Shown here one piece after another: positions 1-13,803 of a stretch of 64,000 nt of DNA. The notes under the pieces are model-generated. The model made no database searches. It was not told the origin of the DNA and saw only the letters and a program-made list of their open reading frames with translations. The position numbers and the translations under genes were made by a program. The first letter of the stretch is position 1, and every line of letters begins with the position of its first letter. The DNA comes from Octopus vulgaris (Eukaryota). The stretch spans positions 80,786,001 through 80,850,000 of the forward strand of contig OX597822.1 in assembly GCA_951406725.2 (NCBI GenBank). The letters run 5' to 3'.

Positions 1-345
1 GATTAAGGTGATGAGCGACGGTATCAAGGGAGTATCCAATCTGCTGGGCTAACTTCCGAGTACATTGACGTGGCTCCTCGGGGATGACCTCTATCAATCC
101 TTCTTCCTTGAACTGAGCAAGTCAGCCGAAACACGGAGCGTCTGTGCGGTAGAATTTCACTTCCTCGAAGCGTGAAAAGCTATTTCGGCGGCAGTTGTTT
201 TTAGTAATGATGCCTTCTGTGTGCAAAGCATAAATGTGTCGATCGGCTTTGGCAGCTTTGGAACCATAACTGGGTGCGAAGAGAATCAGGTGTCGAAGAA
301 GCTCATTTTTACCCACCTCTGTACACCATCATCGTATGTCTGAAA
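1..345 (-). mobile_element. Degenerate mariner transposase N-terminus (runs off window start)
   Basis: Minus-strand translation VGKNELLRHLILFA..GSKAAKA..TDAPCFG*LAQFKEEGL..EEPRQCTRKLAQQIGYSLDTVAHHL resembles the two mariner HTH regions; in-frame stop present. Confidence 0.75.
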
Positions 346-769
346 AGATATAAGATTTATTGAAATTTCAAAAGCGATAAAACAAAAGTTGTTAAGGAAA
401 AAAGGAGCCACAAAAAATTCTTTTATAACATCATAAAACATTATGTCATAAATGTTTTTATGCTGATTTATATAACTTTGGAATGAAAGGAACGAATATA
501 ACTAACAATAATTTTTAGTTTCAAGTAACAATCGAATTACAATTTCCTTGAACTGTACGGTGAGAGAAAGAAGCGAAAAGGTGAATGAATCTAACATGTT
601 ATCTCTTAGCTAACGAGCGATATCGCAAACATAATCAATTATATATACACAGCATTTATATTATCTGTCATTCAACTGATCGATAAAGTATGGAAGACAG
701 TTTCCCCTCTAGCGAATTCACACATGGATCATTGTCGTTTCGGAGGTATAATTATTTCTACTCTATCTA

Positions 770-920
770 CAAGGCCTTGTAAATTTAGGAGGGCGAAGGA
801 GACTTGTCGATTACGTCGACCCCAGTGCCTAACTGGTACTTATTTCAGCGACCACAAAACGATGAGGGACAAAGTCGACCTCGGCGGAATTTGAATTCAG
901 AACGCAGCGGATGATGAAAT
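770..920 (-). mobile_element. SINE family A fragment (OK-like)
   Basis: gtcgacctcggcggaatttgaattcagaacg and gaccccagtgcctaactggtact match the family A copies at 33546 and 53194. Confidence 0.75.
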
Positions 921-1965
921 GGTTTCGGAGCTATAATGGAAGACGCTTACCGAAAGAGTCATGCATTGGGACTAAACATGAATCCAAGACTTTGCGAAAC
1001 AAAACTTCTTAACTAGACAGTCACATACATACATACATACATACATACATACATACATACATACATACATACATACATACATACATGCATACATACATGC
1101 ATGCATCCATGCATCCATTCATTCATCCATACACACATGCATACATGCATACATACAAACATCTGAACAGTCTATGTTGATTTATGTAATAATCCGATAT
1201 GAAACACGTCCTAAAATTTAATTATAGCTAAGTTTGATTCCTATACTTAATCAAATTTGCCCTAGGGCTATGCAATAAAGCAACTCATGTGATAACAAAC
1301 TGAAAAAAAAAATATATATATATACCAATTTTTAGCTATTAATTGGCACAGTTAATACGATCACATAAGTTAAATTAACAAAGCCACAAAAGAAAGACTT
1401 TTTCTTTCATAAAAACCACCTTAGCGTTTCACATTCTGTTCCTTTTTCATATTCGATTTTTTTGCATTGTATTTTTACCTTTTTTCTTATTTTTTTAGGA
1501 ATATTTAACAATATGAAATAAAGAACCTGAACCTGCATGAATAAATCCATATCTGTAATACTAAAAACATCGTTCTTATTTTATATACCTTAGTGTCTAT
1601 TTGCAATTTATCTGCCGCCATTAAAACGGTTCATAAAACATTCAGTAAGAGAAAATATATTAACATATCTCTGCTGAAAAGATTTAATCAACGTTGAAGC
1701 GCGGTAAATGACTTGAACAAATACTACACTCGTAAAACACGATCGTTAAATCACGCTTACTAATCCGACTCTAAAACAGCGGATAATATATTGCTATCAA
1801 GACAGAACTGTTTTGTCGCATTTAACTACAAAAGTAAATATACGACAAGAAAAAATTCTCATTTTCTTTAGAGACATTTTCCTCTCAACTTAATCCCTAA
1901 AAGAACAAAAAAAAATTGTTTCCCTAGATATGTAAACAGAAAGATAAATATTTTAACTATTTGTA

Positions 1966-2116
<151 letters not shown>

Positions 2117-2879
2117 TTAATAGTGATGGGCTATTAACTGCAAACAAACCATAAAAATTCCAATTACATTGAACATAGCATAAGCATCAGATCAAGCATC
2201 GTGACATAAAAATGAGAAAGTTACAACCTTCTGTGTGTTTGTGTGTGTGTGTGTGTATGTGTGTGTGTGTGTGTGTGTGTTTGCGTGTTTGTGTCTGTCT
2301 CTGTATATATATATGCGCAGAGACATACACACATACACATATATATTTATTATAAGATTTCATAAATAACGGGTGTAGTGTATACAGACATATTAGCCGT
2401 ACGGATGATTAAGCAAATTTAATATATTTTTGGGGAAAAATTGATGTCAATAAAACATATAGATTCTAATATCTAATGAAAATAAAATAAATGCAAGCGG
2501 AAAAAGAACACAATTCACATACCATGAAAATTTGATAAAATCATCCATAAAGAAAAAAATCTAGAAATCCTAAAGTATAAAAAGAAAGAAACAAGAAAAG
2601 GAACTAATTTATTCAGTATCTTAGACAACGACAAATAAACAAATCGTAAACAAATAGATTATGTAAATTACTTAGCGAAAGGATCACAGAAAGTTCAATA
2701 AAACCAATGGTAATATCACCAAGATTATATTCTCACTAAAGAATTCGCTGCTGCCTACCAAGCAGCCATTATGTTTTGGGTTTACATTATTTCCATTATT
2801 TTGATTTAGAAACAAAGTGCGTGGCGTAATTCAGAGTGATTTGAATCTAGGGTACCAATGATTTCACTATATGATATTT

Positions 2880-3070
2880 TCTTATCCTTTATTGTTTGTT
2901 TCAGTCAATGTATTGCGGCCAAGCTGGGGCACCACCTTGAAGGATTTTAATCGAAGAAATCGACCCTAGTAATTATGATTTTCTTTTAAATGGTAGGTAT
3001 GCTGCCGGATTCTTTTGCGGAACCACTAAGTAACAGGGAAGTAAACAAGAAAACACCGGTTGTCAAGCAT
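2880..3070 (-). mobile_element. SINE family B 3' part (OR2/CORE-like)
   Basis: tgtttcagtca..gcggccaagctggggcaccacctt is the reverse complement of the family B tail at 22927-22975. Confidence 0.7.
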
Positions 3071-3556
3071 TTTAGTGTCCCCATGGAAAAGTTATATAAA
3101 AATAGTACAGTACATCATATTTAAACAATGTTATTTCCTTGGTAACGATTATTGCAAATGCGCACTGACGTACACACATGCGCAGAAGCAAAAAGAACGC
3201 AGCTCCGATAACGGACGGAGTCAACAACTATTGTAGAGGTTGCAAGAAGCAAATAAAATTTTAGAAAAAAATAGATATGTAAAAGAGTGGAAATTGAACC
3301 GGTGTGTGCGTTAATTAATGAGGTATTAAAACAAAATGACCCTACCCAGACACAACAAATCATAAAGAACAATATTCTTTTCTTAATGAAATTTTAATCC
3401 CACATTTCTAATTCTAAAAGTTTTTAAAACTGAATTGTTTTATCTCTGTCATATTGCCTGGCATTTCAGGACATTGTCATAAACATACATACAGCTAAGT
3501 TAAATGTTTACAAATTCACATTCCTTAAGTACGCTAGATAATTGCATAAATATATG

Positions 3557-3661
<105 letters not shown>

Positions 3662-3689
3662 ACAGTTTTATATTTAAGAGATGAGGAAT

Positions 3690-3842
3690 AATGTACACTA
3701 TTTACATTTGACGGATATTTGTCCTCATCTTGTTTGTTGTTAACACAACGTTTCGGCTGATATACTCTCCAACAGCCTTCATTAAGTGTATTGGTGTAAT
3801 TTTGAACCTGGGTTCTCATTCCTAAGGTATTTTTCGATGTTA
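3690..3842 (-). mobile_element. Penelope-like terminal fragment with decayed minimal hammerhead motif
   Basis: Minus strand 3789-3743 reads acac-ttaatga-a-ggctg..cagcc-gaaa-cgtt-gtgt (stem I, mutated CUGAUGA, stem II, GAAA); lies between microsatellites. Confidence 0.55.
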
Positions 3843-3942
3843 TTATTATTATTATTATTATACCTCACGGGTATCCAAAGTGCATGAAGATCTGTGAACC
3901 CAGAGGTAAAGCTCTGAATAGCAATTGGAACTAAAGTATTGT

Positions 3943-4259
3943 TACATACATGATGGCCGTCAACTCATGGCCGTCATTGCTGACCTTTAGGAACATTGTG
4001 CGCTCTAGGACTCACTTATATTTTACATTTGCGGCGCTGTTGATGACTAATGAGCCTTCTTCTTGACAAGCAAACACGACTGCAAACATTGGAAACCAAG
4101 TTTCCTCCCCCACCATTCACTATGCTAGCAGTGCGCTTTCAAGCCACATGCTTAAGTTCTTCATACAGAATACGTGCTCTTTCAAAGCTGTCGACCCCTG
4201 CTTCCTCCACCTGTGGCAATGGCAAACATTGCTCTCACAACTGATCTCCTGCATATCTC
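3943..4259 (-). mobile_element. RTE-clade LINE 3' end
   Basis: Minus translation ..RWRK..GVDSFERARILYEELK..NVCSRVCLSRRRLISHQQRRKCKI* resembles the RTE C-terminal zinc-finger region; short 3' UTR ends gacggccatca-tgtatgta. Confidence 0.7.
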
Positions 4260-4369
4260 ATACATACATACATACATACATACATACACAGACACGCATA
4301 TGTCACAACTGCACTATTAGAATATTTAAAGGCCATTCTTTATGCGTATATATATGCATATATATATAC

Positions 4370-4413
<44 letters not shown>

Positions 4414-4418
4414 GTATG

Positions 4419-4449
<31 letters not shown>

Positions 4450-4656
4450 GTATGTATATATATATGCATATATATACGCATAAAGAATGGCCTTTAAATA
4501 TTCTAATAGTGCAGTTGTGACATATGCGTGTCTGTGTATGTATGTATGTATGTATGTATGAGATATGCAGGAGATCAGTTGTGAGAGCAATGTTTGCCAT
4601 TGCCACAGGTGGAGGAAGCAGGGGTCGACAGCTTTGAAAGAGCACGTATTCTGTAT
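4163..4656. repeat. Large inverted duplication centred on a (TA)n/(TACA)n tract
   Basis: 4163-~4385 is the reverse complement of ~4435-4656; no mismatch seen in the non-microsatellite parts. Confidence 0.95.
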
Positions 4657-4724
4657 ATATATATATGTATAACATATATATATATGTATAACATATTCTA
4701 TAATTATAGACATAATTATAATTA

Positions 4725-4929
4725 TATTCTATAATTAAATACATAATTATAATCAGCTAAGTGCCTCACTACGCATGGAATTAGAAATAGACGCTAATGT
4801 ATTTTCGACTACCATAAAAATCTCCGAGACAATGGTAGTTAAAAAGGCATTACCGTCCATTTCAAATTCAGTGTGTGGCGAGGCACTTAGCTGACCCGTG
4901 ATTACATTTATGTATATAATTATAGAATT
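4725..4929. mobile_element. Hairpin/MITE-like element with diverged inverted arms
   Basis: tcagctaagtgcctc..gactaccat pairs with atggtagtt..gaggcacttagctga; the AT-rich ttctataattata ends also pair. Confidence 0.7.
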
Positions 4930-5113
4930 TACCCTAAAAATGTGTTTTTTAACGCACGAACTACTAAGTAAAATAATTAATTAATTAATTAATTATAACC
5001 TATAAATATATATATATATTTGAATATATGTACATGTGTTTGTGTATTGCGTATCCGGAGATAAGTAGACAGACAGACAGACAGACAGACAGATAGACAG
5101 ATAGATAGATAGT

Positions 5114-5193
<80 letters not shown>

Positions 5194-6291
5194 CAGATTG
5201 TACACAAACTTCCACTCACATCGACACTCAATGGGGACTGAAGCAGAATCAACATATTAATCTGTTTAGTTTGAGATGAACAAAATAAAAGTAAAACAAA
5301 ACTGTCTGCGACAAATTCTGAACAAACTTGCAACCCATAAATCTTATAGATTTAATAAATGATATATTACTACAAACACAAGTATATTCAAAGTTAAGGT
5401 GAATTATTATTGTATGTCCAAGTCTTCTTCGAAATTCAGTTTTCTTTTCTTTATTTCGCATCGTTCACGGTTTTACATCAGCCATAGGGACCATCGATCT
5501 TTGATCAGGCGTTGTAATTGAGTTAATTCCGAAACGGATGATAGTCAAAAACAGTTATCTCTTCCATTCTTTGTCTTCATACGTCATTCCCAACACACAG
5601 TAAAAGCTTGAATTTATATTTATTTAAATGTTGATAAATTATTTATTAAATTGTCAGACAATGTTGTTCGTCTTCAGTTTCTTTTTCCTACTTGGTATTC
5701 CATTGCTATATAGCTGAAGACAGATAGTTTTTTCAGTATTGTTTTACAGCATCAGACAAAAATTTTAGAGAAAGAATAGGGCTATAAGAAAAAGTATTCA
5801 ACATACGATAAAAATATTTTACATGCTAATTCAAGTAACACTGCGAAAAAGAAAATACTGGAAATAAAACGACCGAATTTATCTGACAAGTCAATACACA
5901 CACTGCTATTAATCAACATAGATAATTCGGAAATCTCACGGAAGTTGCCAAGTGTAAATTTTAAATAATCAATAAGTTGCATATATATTTTATAAATTAA
6001 ATAAATGATCCATGTACTAAATGATATTTCAGCGAACATGCCATATTTAAAGTTCAAATAAATTATGATATGTTCCCGATTCCTTCTCACTTTCAAAGTT
6101 GTACATCTGCCAGCCATAAATATGCAGGAATGGCAGACGATGCATAAAACTGTTGCTATTATCATAGTGACGATGCATTTGGTGATCCACGCCGAAAAGT
6201 CTCATTTGTGCAATTGCATGAAGTTCTTGAATACCCAAAAATATTGTATAAGAATTAGAACTCACACACACACACAAAGAAAACACACTCT

Positions 6292-6324
<33 letters not shown>

Positions 6325-6744
6325 TCACACACACACATATATATGCATGTATGTATGTATGCGTGTATGTATATATATGTATGCATGCATCTATGTATAT
6401 ATTCAGATATGTGCCAGGCAAAATGTTAATGCATATACATTTCATCTCAGCGAGCTTACAAGTATTTCGGACAAGGTTGGAGATTACTTGGTTCCCTAGT
6501 ACAATATTCTCTTTTATTAATTGAAGGTATAAACGATCAATTGAATGAAGTAGAGAACAAACACTCAGTTTATCTCCTTCAGAGCAAAATCATTCTGATT
6601 ACGGGGGAGAAAATCTGACCAAAGAATAAAAGTAATACTTAGAACTTGGTCATATAGCTGAAGTATGTATTTGGCCAGTGGTTGTTCTACTCGACTCGCG
6701 TCAGAAATCCTGGCAACCTACATAACCTCAAAGCGTAATACGAT

Positions 6745-7335
6745 ATCTTTTATCTTTCAATTGTTTCAGTCATTAGACTACGGCCATGCTGGGGCACAAT
6801 CTTGAAGTATTTTAGTCGAACGAATCGACCCCAGTACTCATTTTTTTTCACTAAATCCCAGTAAGTACTCTATCCATACCTTTCTCCTGAATTGCTAATT
6901 TACGGGGACATAAAAATATCAACACCGGTTAAGCGGCATCCTTTCAGATTTTACGTTCTGAGTTCAAATGCCGACGGGTTGATTTTGCCTTTCATGCATT
7001 CAGAGTTGATAAAATATGTACCAGTTGAGAAGAGGGGTCGCGGTAATCGACTTACGCCTCTCCCGCGAAACTGCTGGCGTTGCGCCAAAATTTGAAACCA
7101 ATATTTAATGAAGCTTGTAACGCGACGACCTGGCTGAACCGTTACCGCGCCGGACAAAATGCTTTGCGGCATTTCGTCCACCTTTAGAGACTTAGTTCAA
7201 ATTCTGACAAGGTTGGCTTTGCCTTGCCTCCTTTCGAGGTCGCTAGAACAAGTTCCAGCTGAGCACTGAGGTCGATGTAACAGTCTTATCCATTCCCTCG
7301 AAATTGCTAGTCGTATGTCAAAATTTAAAACCAGT
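6745..7335. mobile_element. SINE cluster: family B tail (-) followed by two family A copies (+)
   Basis: gtttcagtcattagactacggccatgctgggg at ~6765; ttctgagttcaaat..gcctttcat at ~6957; second copy ~7120-7335. Confidence 0.7.
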
Positions 7336-7731
7336 CATACTTTAAGCCTCGTAAATCACGAATAGACGGGCACCATTCAAATAAAGGCATTCATTTTGAA
7401 CAACGTAATTCATAGTAATATTCGAACTCGCATCACTGCATTTCCTTTTAATTTTCTACTTTCCCTTTCTACAGGATAATTTATCTGCCTGTCTCTTTTC
7501 TCCGTCCCACGCGCTCTGCTTCCCCTCTCTTCCTTCTCTCCAATATATCTGCTTCTGTATAACCATGGGGCTAGGAACTTTCCGGATCCGATCCCATTGC
7601 GTGTTTTCTATAAGTATTTTCTGCCATTCACTCAAGGTAGGCGTTGCATTATGAGCAGATTTGCTATGCATGTATATATGTATGCATGAACAGATGCATT
7701 TACACTGAGATATATGCATGTAAATATGCAT

Positions 7732-7785
<54 letters not shown>

Positions 7786-8695
7786 TTGCAAATATGTATG
7801 TACTTTTGTATATTCTCAATCTGTGTGCGTATATATACTTATATATATATATATATATATATACATGTGTATAAATGTATGTATGAATGTATGTGTATGT
7901 GTGTGTGTGTGCGTGCGTGTGCACTAAGTGTATCTGTGTGTTTCCCAATGATGGTGTTTACAATAATATAAGCCACGTCGCATACATCGCTAAGTTACTA
8001 ACAAGGACCGGTATTGATTTAGTACGAGTAGTTTGGCCAGCACGTCTCAGACCGACTTTATAATTGGTCACGTAGCAAAGTTCTCATTACTTCCTACTTA
8101 TCACTCGGACACATTGCAGTCCGCATGGACAGCGAAATATAGATGTAGCCCCTGGGCGAAGTTATCGGTTTCACAAAGAAAAAGAATATACCAAACCTAC
8201 ATTTTCTTATTCAAATATCTAACTTCTGATAGACATCAATTATAAATGTAGGTGAATACATATGCACACACACACACACGTTTGCGTGTGTGTGTTAGTG
8301 TGCCTGTGGTATTTTATGTGTGTTTGTCTTAGTATGATGGAGGGAGTCATGATCTTCATACAAAGATATACTTATATATATATATATATACTGTATCATA
8401 TTATCATATATATACATATATATATATATATCTTTATAGGCAGAAATGGCGATTACCTTTTCTCATTCGATGCAGTCATTCAGGCGACAACATTCATTTA
8501 GGGCCTCAAAACACTGCACAATTGCCTAGAGCCCAAACGGACAGAATTTGAGGCGCCCTACTCAAAGTTGTCTTTGGGAAAATTTCCATATCAGTACACA
8601 TAAAACCTATGGTACACACTATTCCATCAAATTCAATTTTGCTTTACTAGCAAAAGAATATTTTACCTTCTGGTAAGACCTTTCCGTCCTTTGTA

Positions 8696-9974
8696 TCAGG
8701 TCATTCCATAAGTTCTTTCCGATTTCCTCTTTTTTAAAATTGAATGAAATTTAATAGTATTTTAGAATGTCTAATGGAATTAAAAATTATTTTTATACAT
8801 TTGTGTATATTTAAACTAATTAAACATTATTTTACAGAATAATATAATTAAAATTTCTTTGATTAAAACCCTTTCTAACACGGAAGTATCCAAATAGCAT
8901 TTAAGGTACATAGTGCTTTATGAGTACAAAAACGGAAACTCTGCAGCTGAAGTGACTCGAAGTATACACTCAGTTTATGGGAAAGAATGCTTGAATGAAA
9001 GAATTTGCAGAAGATGCTTTGCAAAATGCAAAAGTGGAGATTTCAGACTTGAAGATGAAGATCAAACAGGATGTCCATTTGAGTTTGATGATAAGCTCCT
9101 TGTGGCATTTCTTGAAGAAAATCCTGAATTATCAACTGAAGAATTGGCAATAAATCTTACTTCAAACCATACAACTGTTCATCGTCATCTTCAACAACTT
9201 GGAAAGGTTCCTGAATTTGGAACATGTGTGCCACACGAATTGTCCGAAAGCAACCGCAAATCCCGAGTTGACATATGATTTTTTTTCCATCTCGCAAACT
9301 CATTTCACTCTTTTTGGATTGACTTGTGACTGATGACGAAAAATGGATCGTCTATCGAAATGTTAAACATCGTAAACAGTGGTTTGGTAAATGGGAAAAA
9401 GTTCAACTACAACCGAGAAGGGAACTTCATGCGAAAAATATTCTTTTCTTTATCTGGTGGGATTGCAAAGGAATAATTTACTTTGAGTTGTTACCACCTG
9501 ATGCAACAATCAATCCTCAAGTCTACTGTCAGCAATTAGAGCGTTTGAACGTAGCTTTGAAGAAAAAAGACCCGCTTTAGTGAATCGAAATAGAATGATG
9601 TTTCATCAGGAAAATACGTGACCTCACACTGCAAAGATCATATCACAGAAGATGGAAGAGAGTGGTTGGGAAAAAATTCCTCATCTACCTAATTCTCCCG
9701 ACCTTGCTTCAGACTAGCTTTTGTTTCGCAGTTTACAGAATCATTTGGGGGACATAACTTTCGCAAGCCAGGAGGTGGTCGAAACTGACATTTCAGAGTT
9801 CTTCGCTTTGAAACGAAAAGAGTTTTACATTGATGGGATTAAAAAGCTTGTAAATAGATGGAAGTCATAGATAATCTGGGAAAGTACATTGATGATTAAA
9901 TTTCAATTAAATATAACATTTGATCACTTGTTTTCTTTATTTAAAATTCGGACTAAACTTATGGGATGACCTGA
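8696..9974 (+). mobile_element. Full-length non-functional mariner (DD34D) element, 1279 bp
   Basis: TIRs TCAGGTCATTCCATAAGTT / AACTTATGGGATGACCTGA with TA on both sides; transposase ~8880-9898 with CVPHEL, TDDEKW, FHQENT*PHT and NSPDLASD motifs, broken by stops and frameshifts. Confidence 0.95.
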
Positions 9975-10839
9975 TAATAGTCACGAATCACGAATGACAT
10001 AGAAACCAGAGCGGATAAGTGAAAAGTTTTTTTGCCAAAGTTTTCAAGAGGAGCGTTGGCTGTTATCAGGTTCATTAGTCCGAGGGTCGTTCTCGCTGTC
10101 GAGACTCAAACGATATCGGAACACCGGTTGTCACGGAAGAGAATCCCTTGGGCTTATGAATCAATTGTTTTATAAATAAATATTCGTAGAAATGAACAAG
10201 TTGTTTCCCTTTGACGAAACACAACTGCGATTAGCATATTCATATTTCAACGTGGAAGAACAATTAAGAATGAATATACAAGAGGCATCTTTTATTTCTT
10301 CCCGTTCACGATTTATTAATGAACAACAGTTGTTAGATCACTGCAGGTTCCCCTTCAGTGAGGCACCAGAACGCTAATGCAGCTGGACTGAAAAGTGTTA
10401 TGCCTTTCCTGGATCAGTGATCCCGACTAGAAACACTAATACAAGATGAACATAAGATGGAATGCCTTAAAAGAAAATTAACCTAACAAGCCAACATCTA
10501 ACACATGATCCACAGACAGATACACATTATTTTCGACACTAACATGATTATGATTTGTTCCGCCTTGATATAACTTCCTTGACACTTCCACTAAATGAAC
10601 CGGCAAGTTTAGTTTCGACTATTTAGTCAGTTATTCCACACCTCCCATAAGATAATAATTTCTGCAAAAGCTACAAAGAAGAAGGATTCCTAAAGAGTAA
10701 ACCTAATACAATAATTGGTCTGTAATTATTTTATGAAATGTAGCGTCTCAAAACACCAGCTCGAATACGTAAGGTACTGAACTTACAAATGTAACTAGAC
10801 AACTAGATAAGATGATGTAGCGGACAAAAATTATTTCTA

Positions 10840-11005
10840 TGAAATCTCAGGGAGGCCAAGGGTCAAATTACGTCAACCCCAGTGTTGGACTGCTACATGT
10901 TACCGAAATGAAGAAAAGAAAAGACAGCCTCAACAGCATTTGAATTCATAATTTAAAGAAGGACAAAATGCTGTTTAAAATTTTGTCCCACATAGTAACA
11001 ATTCT
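10840..11005 (-). mobile_element. SINE family A, diverged
   Basis: caaccccagtgttggactg..atttgaattca..aaaatgctg..attctgctagctc. Confidence 0.55.
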
Positions 11006-11029
11006 GCTAGCTCAGCGCTTTCATGATGA

Positions 11030-11088
11030 AAATAATAATAATAATAATAATAGTGATGATGGTGATGATGATGATGATGATGATGATG

Positions 11089-11143
<55 letters not shown>

Positions 11144-11216
11144 CGATGATGATGATGATAATAATAATAATAATAATTGATGGCATGAACTGCTCTCTCA
11201 CTCAATAATAATAATG

Positions 11217-11290
<74 letters not shown>
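11030..11290. repeat. Compound (AAT)n/(GAT)n microsatellite
   Basis: Read directly. Confidence 0.95.
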
Positions 11291-11293
<3 letters not shown>

Positions 11294-12257
11294 CATGAAG
11301 AAGAAGAAGATGAAGAAACAACAAAAGCTATAAAACAAATGAAATCCAAACTAAAAATAGAACAACAACGAACCATGATAAAACGATGGCAAGAAAAGCC
11401 CTTTCATGGTAAATACCGGACTAAACTAAAGGCAAAAGAAATAGACAAAGAAAAATCCCAGCAATGGTTGAGAAGCTCAGGACTCAAAGCAGAAACAGAG
11501 GGATTTTTAATTGCAGCACAAGACCAAAGCCTCCCCACCAGAAATTACCAAAAACATGTAATGAAAAGAAATATTACAAGTAAATGCAGAATATGTGGAG
11601 ATGGACAAGAAGCAATAAATCATATTATCTCTAGCTGCCCAGTCTTGGCTGAGAAGGAATATATTCACAGACATGACAGAGTTGGAACCTACATACATTG
11701 GAAGCTATGCCAACATTATGGAATAACAACAGAAAAAAGATGGTATAGGCACACACCAGAAAAGGTCACAGAAAACGAGAAAGCAACCATACTCTGGGAT
11801 ATGCCGATACACACAGATAGATAAATTAAGGCCAACAGACCAGATATAGTTGTCAGAGATCATGAAGAAAAAAATGCTTTCTAATTGATGTATCAATACC
11901 GGCTGATGACAACGTGTCTCTAAAAGAAATGGAGAAACTCTCAAAATACAAAGACCTGGAAATAGAGGTAACTAGAATGTGGAATCTGAAAACAGAAACA
12001 ATTCCTATCATAGTAGGTGCATTAGGCATGATAAAAAAATATTCAGACAAATACATAACAAAAACACCAGGACTTACAAACACATATAACATACAGAAAA
12101 TTGCACTACTAGGCACTGCACACATCCTACGCAGAACACTTTCCATACAATAACCATCAGAGCATCACAACAAATCACAGCACATACCCAAGGCACACAG
12201 AGATGTGCTCGGTAGTGAAGTGAAAGCACGCTATAAAAATAAAACTACTGAAGAATG
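11291..12257 (+). mobile_element. 5'-truncated R4/Dong-clade non-LTR retrotransposon (zinc knuckle plus restriction-like endonuclease) in (TAA)n
   Basis: AAQDQSL, CRICG..H..SSC, RHD, RPDIVV, IDVSIP, EKLSKY and IPIIVGALG motifs; stop at 11822-11824 and a frameshift near 11870; AATAAA near 12238; (TAA)n on both sides. Confidence 0.92.
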
Positions 12258-12349
<92 letters not shown>

Positions 12350-12354
12350 TGTTT

Positions 12355-12540
12355 ACAATTTTGGTACATGACCAGTAATTTCAGGGGGAATGTATATATC
12401 GATTATATCGATTTCACTACTCAAATGATACTTGTTTTATCGACAGCGAAATGAGGAAAAAGCTAAGTTCAGAACGTAAGGCCGGATTAAATAAATGCTA
12501 CTAAGAATATTTTCCGGTACACTAATGACTCTGCCAGATC
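12355..12540 (-). mobile_element. SINE family A, diverged
   Basis: gattatatcgatttcactactcaaatgatacttgttttatcgac..ttcagaacgtaa..actctgccag. Confidence 0.55.
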
Positions 12541-12541
12541 A

Positions 12542-12594
<53 letters not shown>

Positions 12595-12896
12595 AAAACG
12601 TATGCTTAACGAACACATTCCTTGTAATTCTGTGGTCGGTATACTCAACCTAAAGCGAATGGAGGCATATTTGCGTCACTGACTCAGCATCGAAAATTGG
12701 TACAAAAGCTGCAATCGATTAAAACGATGCCACTATTAAACAATTGAATACTATTCATCGATTTCACCAAGATCAAAACTTACAATGACCCGGGAGGTTA
12801 GAAACTGCCAAAGTAAAACCCGAAACTAAACACGTCAAATATATAAAAACAAAAGGGAAATACGATAAGGGTTGTATATATAACGACACATGTATG

Positions 12897-12981
<85 letters not shown>

Positions 12982-13205
12982 ATGTATGTATGTATGTATG
13001 CAGATATGTGTGTATATGTATAGATATATATGTTTATATGTATATATATGTTTATCTCTCTATATATATCTATATACACACATATATATATGCATATATA
13101 AGTATATATAAATATATGTGTGTGTATATATATACATATATATAAGTGTGTATGTCTGTGGGTGTATATATGCATGTATGAATATGTATATATGCATACA
13201 GACAA

Positions 13206-13236
<31 letters not shown>

Positions 13237-13538
13237 CATATATAACATAATAGCACAACTGACAGTATTTTCTCTTTGTTAGAATGTTCCAGTAGATGCA
13301 ATATTTTATTTTATTTCAAAGGAATGATATCATAAATTTAGAAAAGATAAATAAATAAAGGAAAGTTTGGACGGTGTTTTATTGCAGGAATACACGAGAG
13401 AAGCGAGAGATGAAGAGTCGACACTATTATTATAATTTATTATCTATCAGGGGAAAATAGGAAAGGGATATAGATTTACGACAAACATCTTCGACCATAC
13501 ATACAAAATGACGTAGTATATCCGTACATATACGTGTA

Positions 13539-13609
<71 letters not shown>

Positions 13610-13612
<3 letters not shown>

Positions 13613-13803
13613 GGTCCCGGGTTGATTCGGGGTTAACCACAGTAAATAAGGTACTCAATACATAGCAGAGTAAAATTAATTTATTATATAGAAGGAGCTT
13701 CTACAGGACTAGAACTGTTTCATTCAAGAGAAATCTTCAGGAGCTTCCTGAAGATTTCTCTTGAATGAAACAGTTCTAGTCCTGTAGAAGCTCCTTCTAT
13801 ATA

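Noticed and set aside
1-347. Apparent minus-strand splice acceptor (tttttcag) and exon
   Set aside because: The downstream frame is a mariner transposase remnant with an in-frame stop
5249-6165. Two minus ORFs sharing HxIIIxLNFxY..xISF
   Set aside because: The similarity is short and AT-rich; at most an old local duplication, with no recognisable domain
10192-10377. 61-aa ATG ORF in unique sequence
   Set aside because: No recognisable homology or splice support
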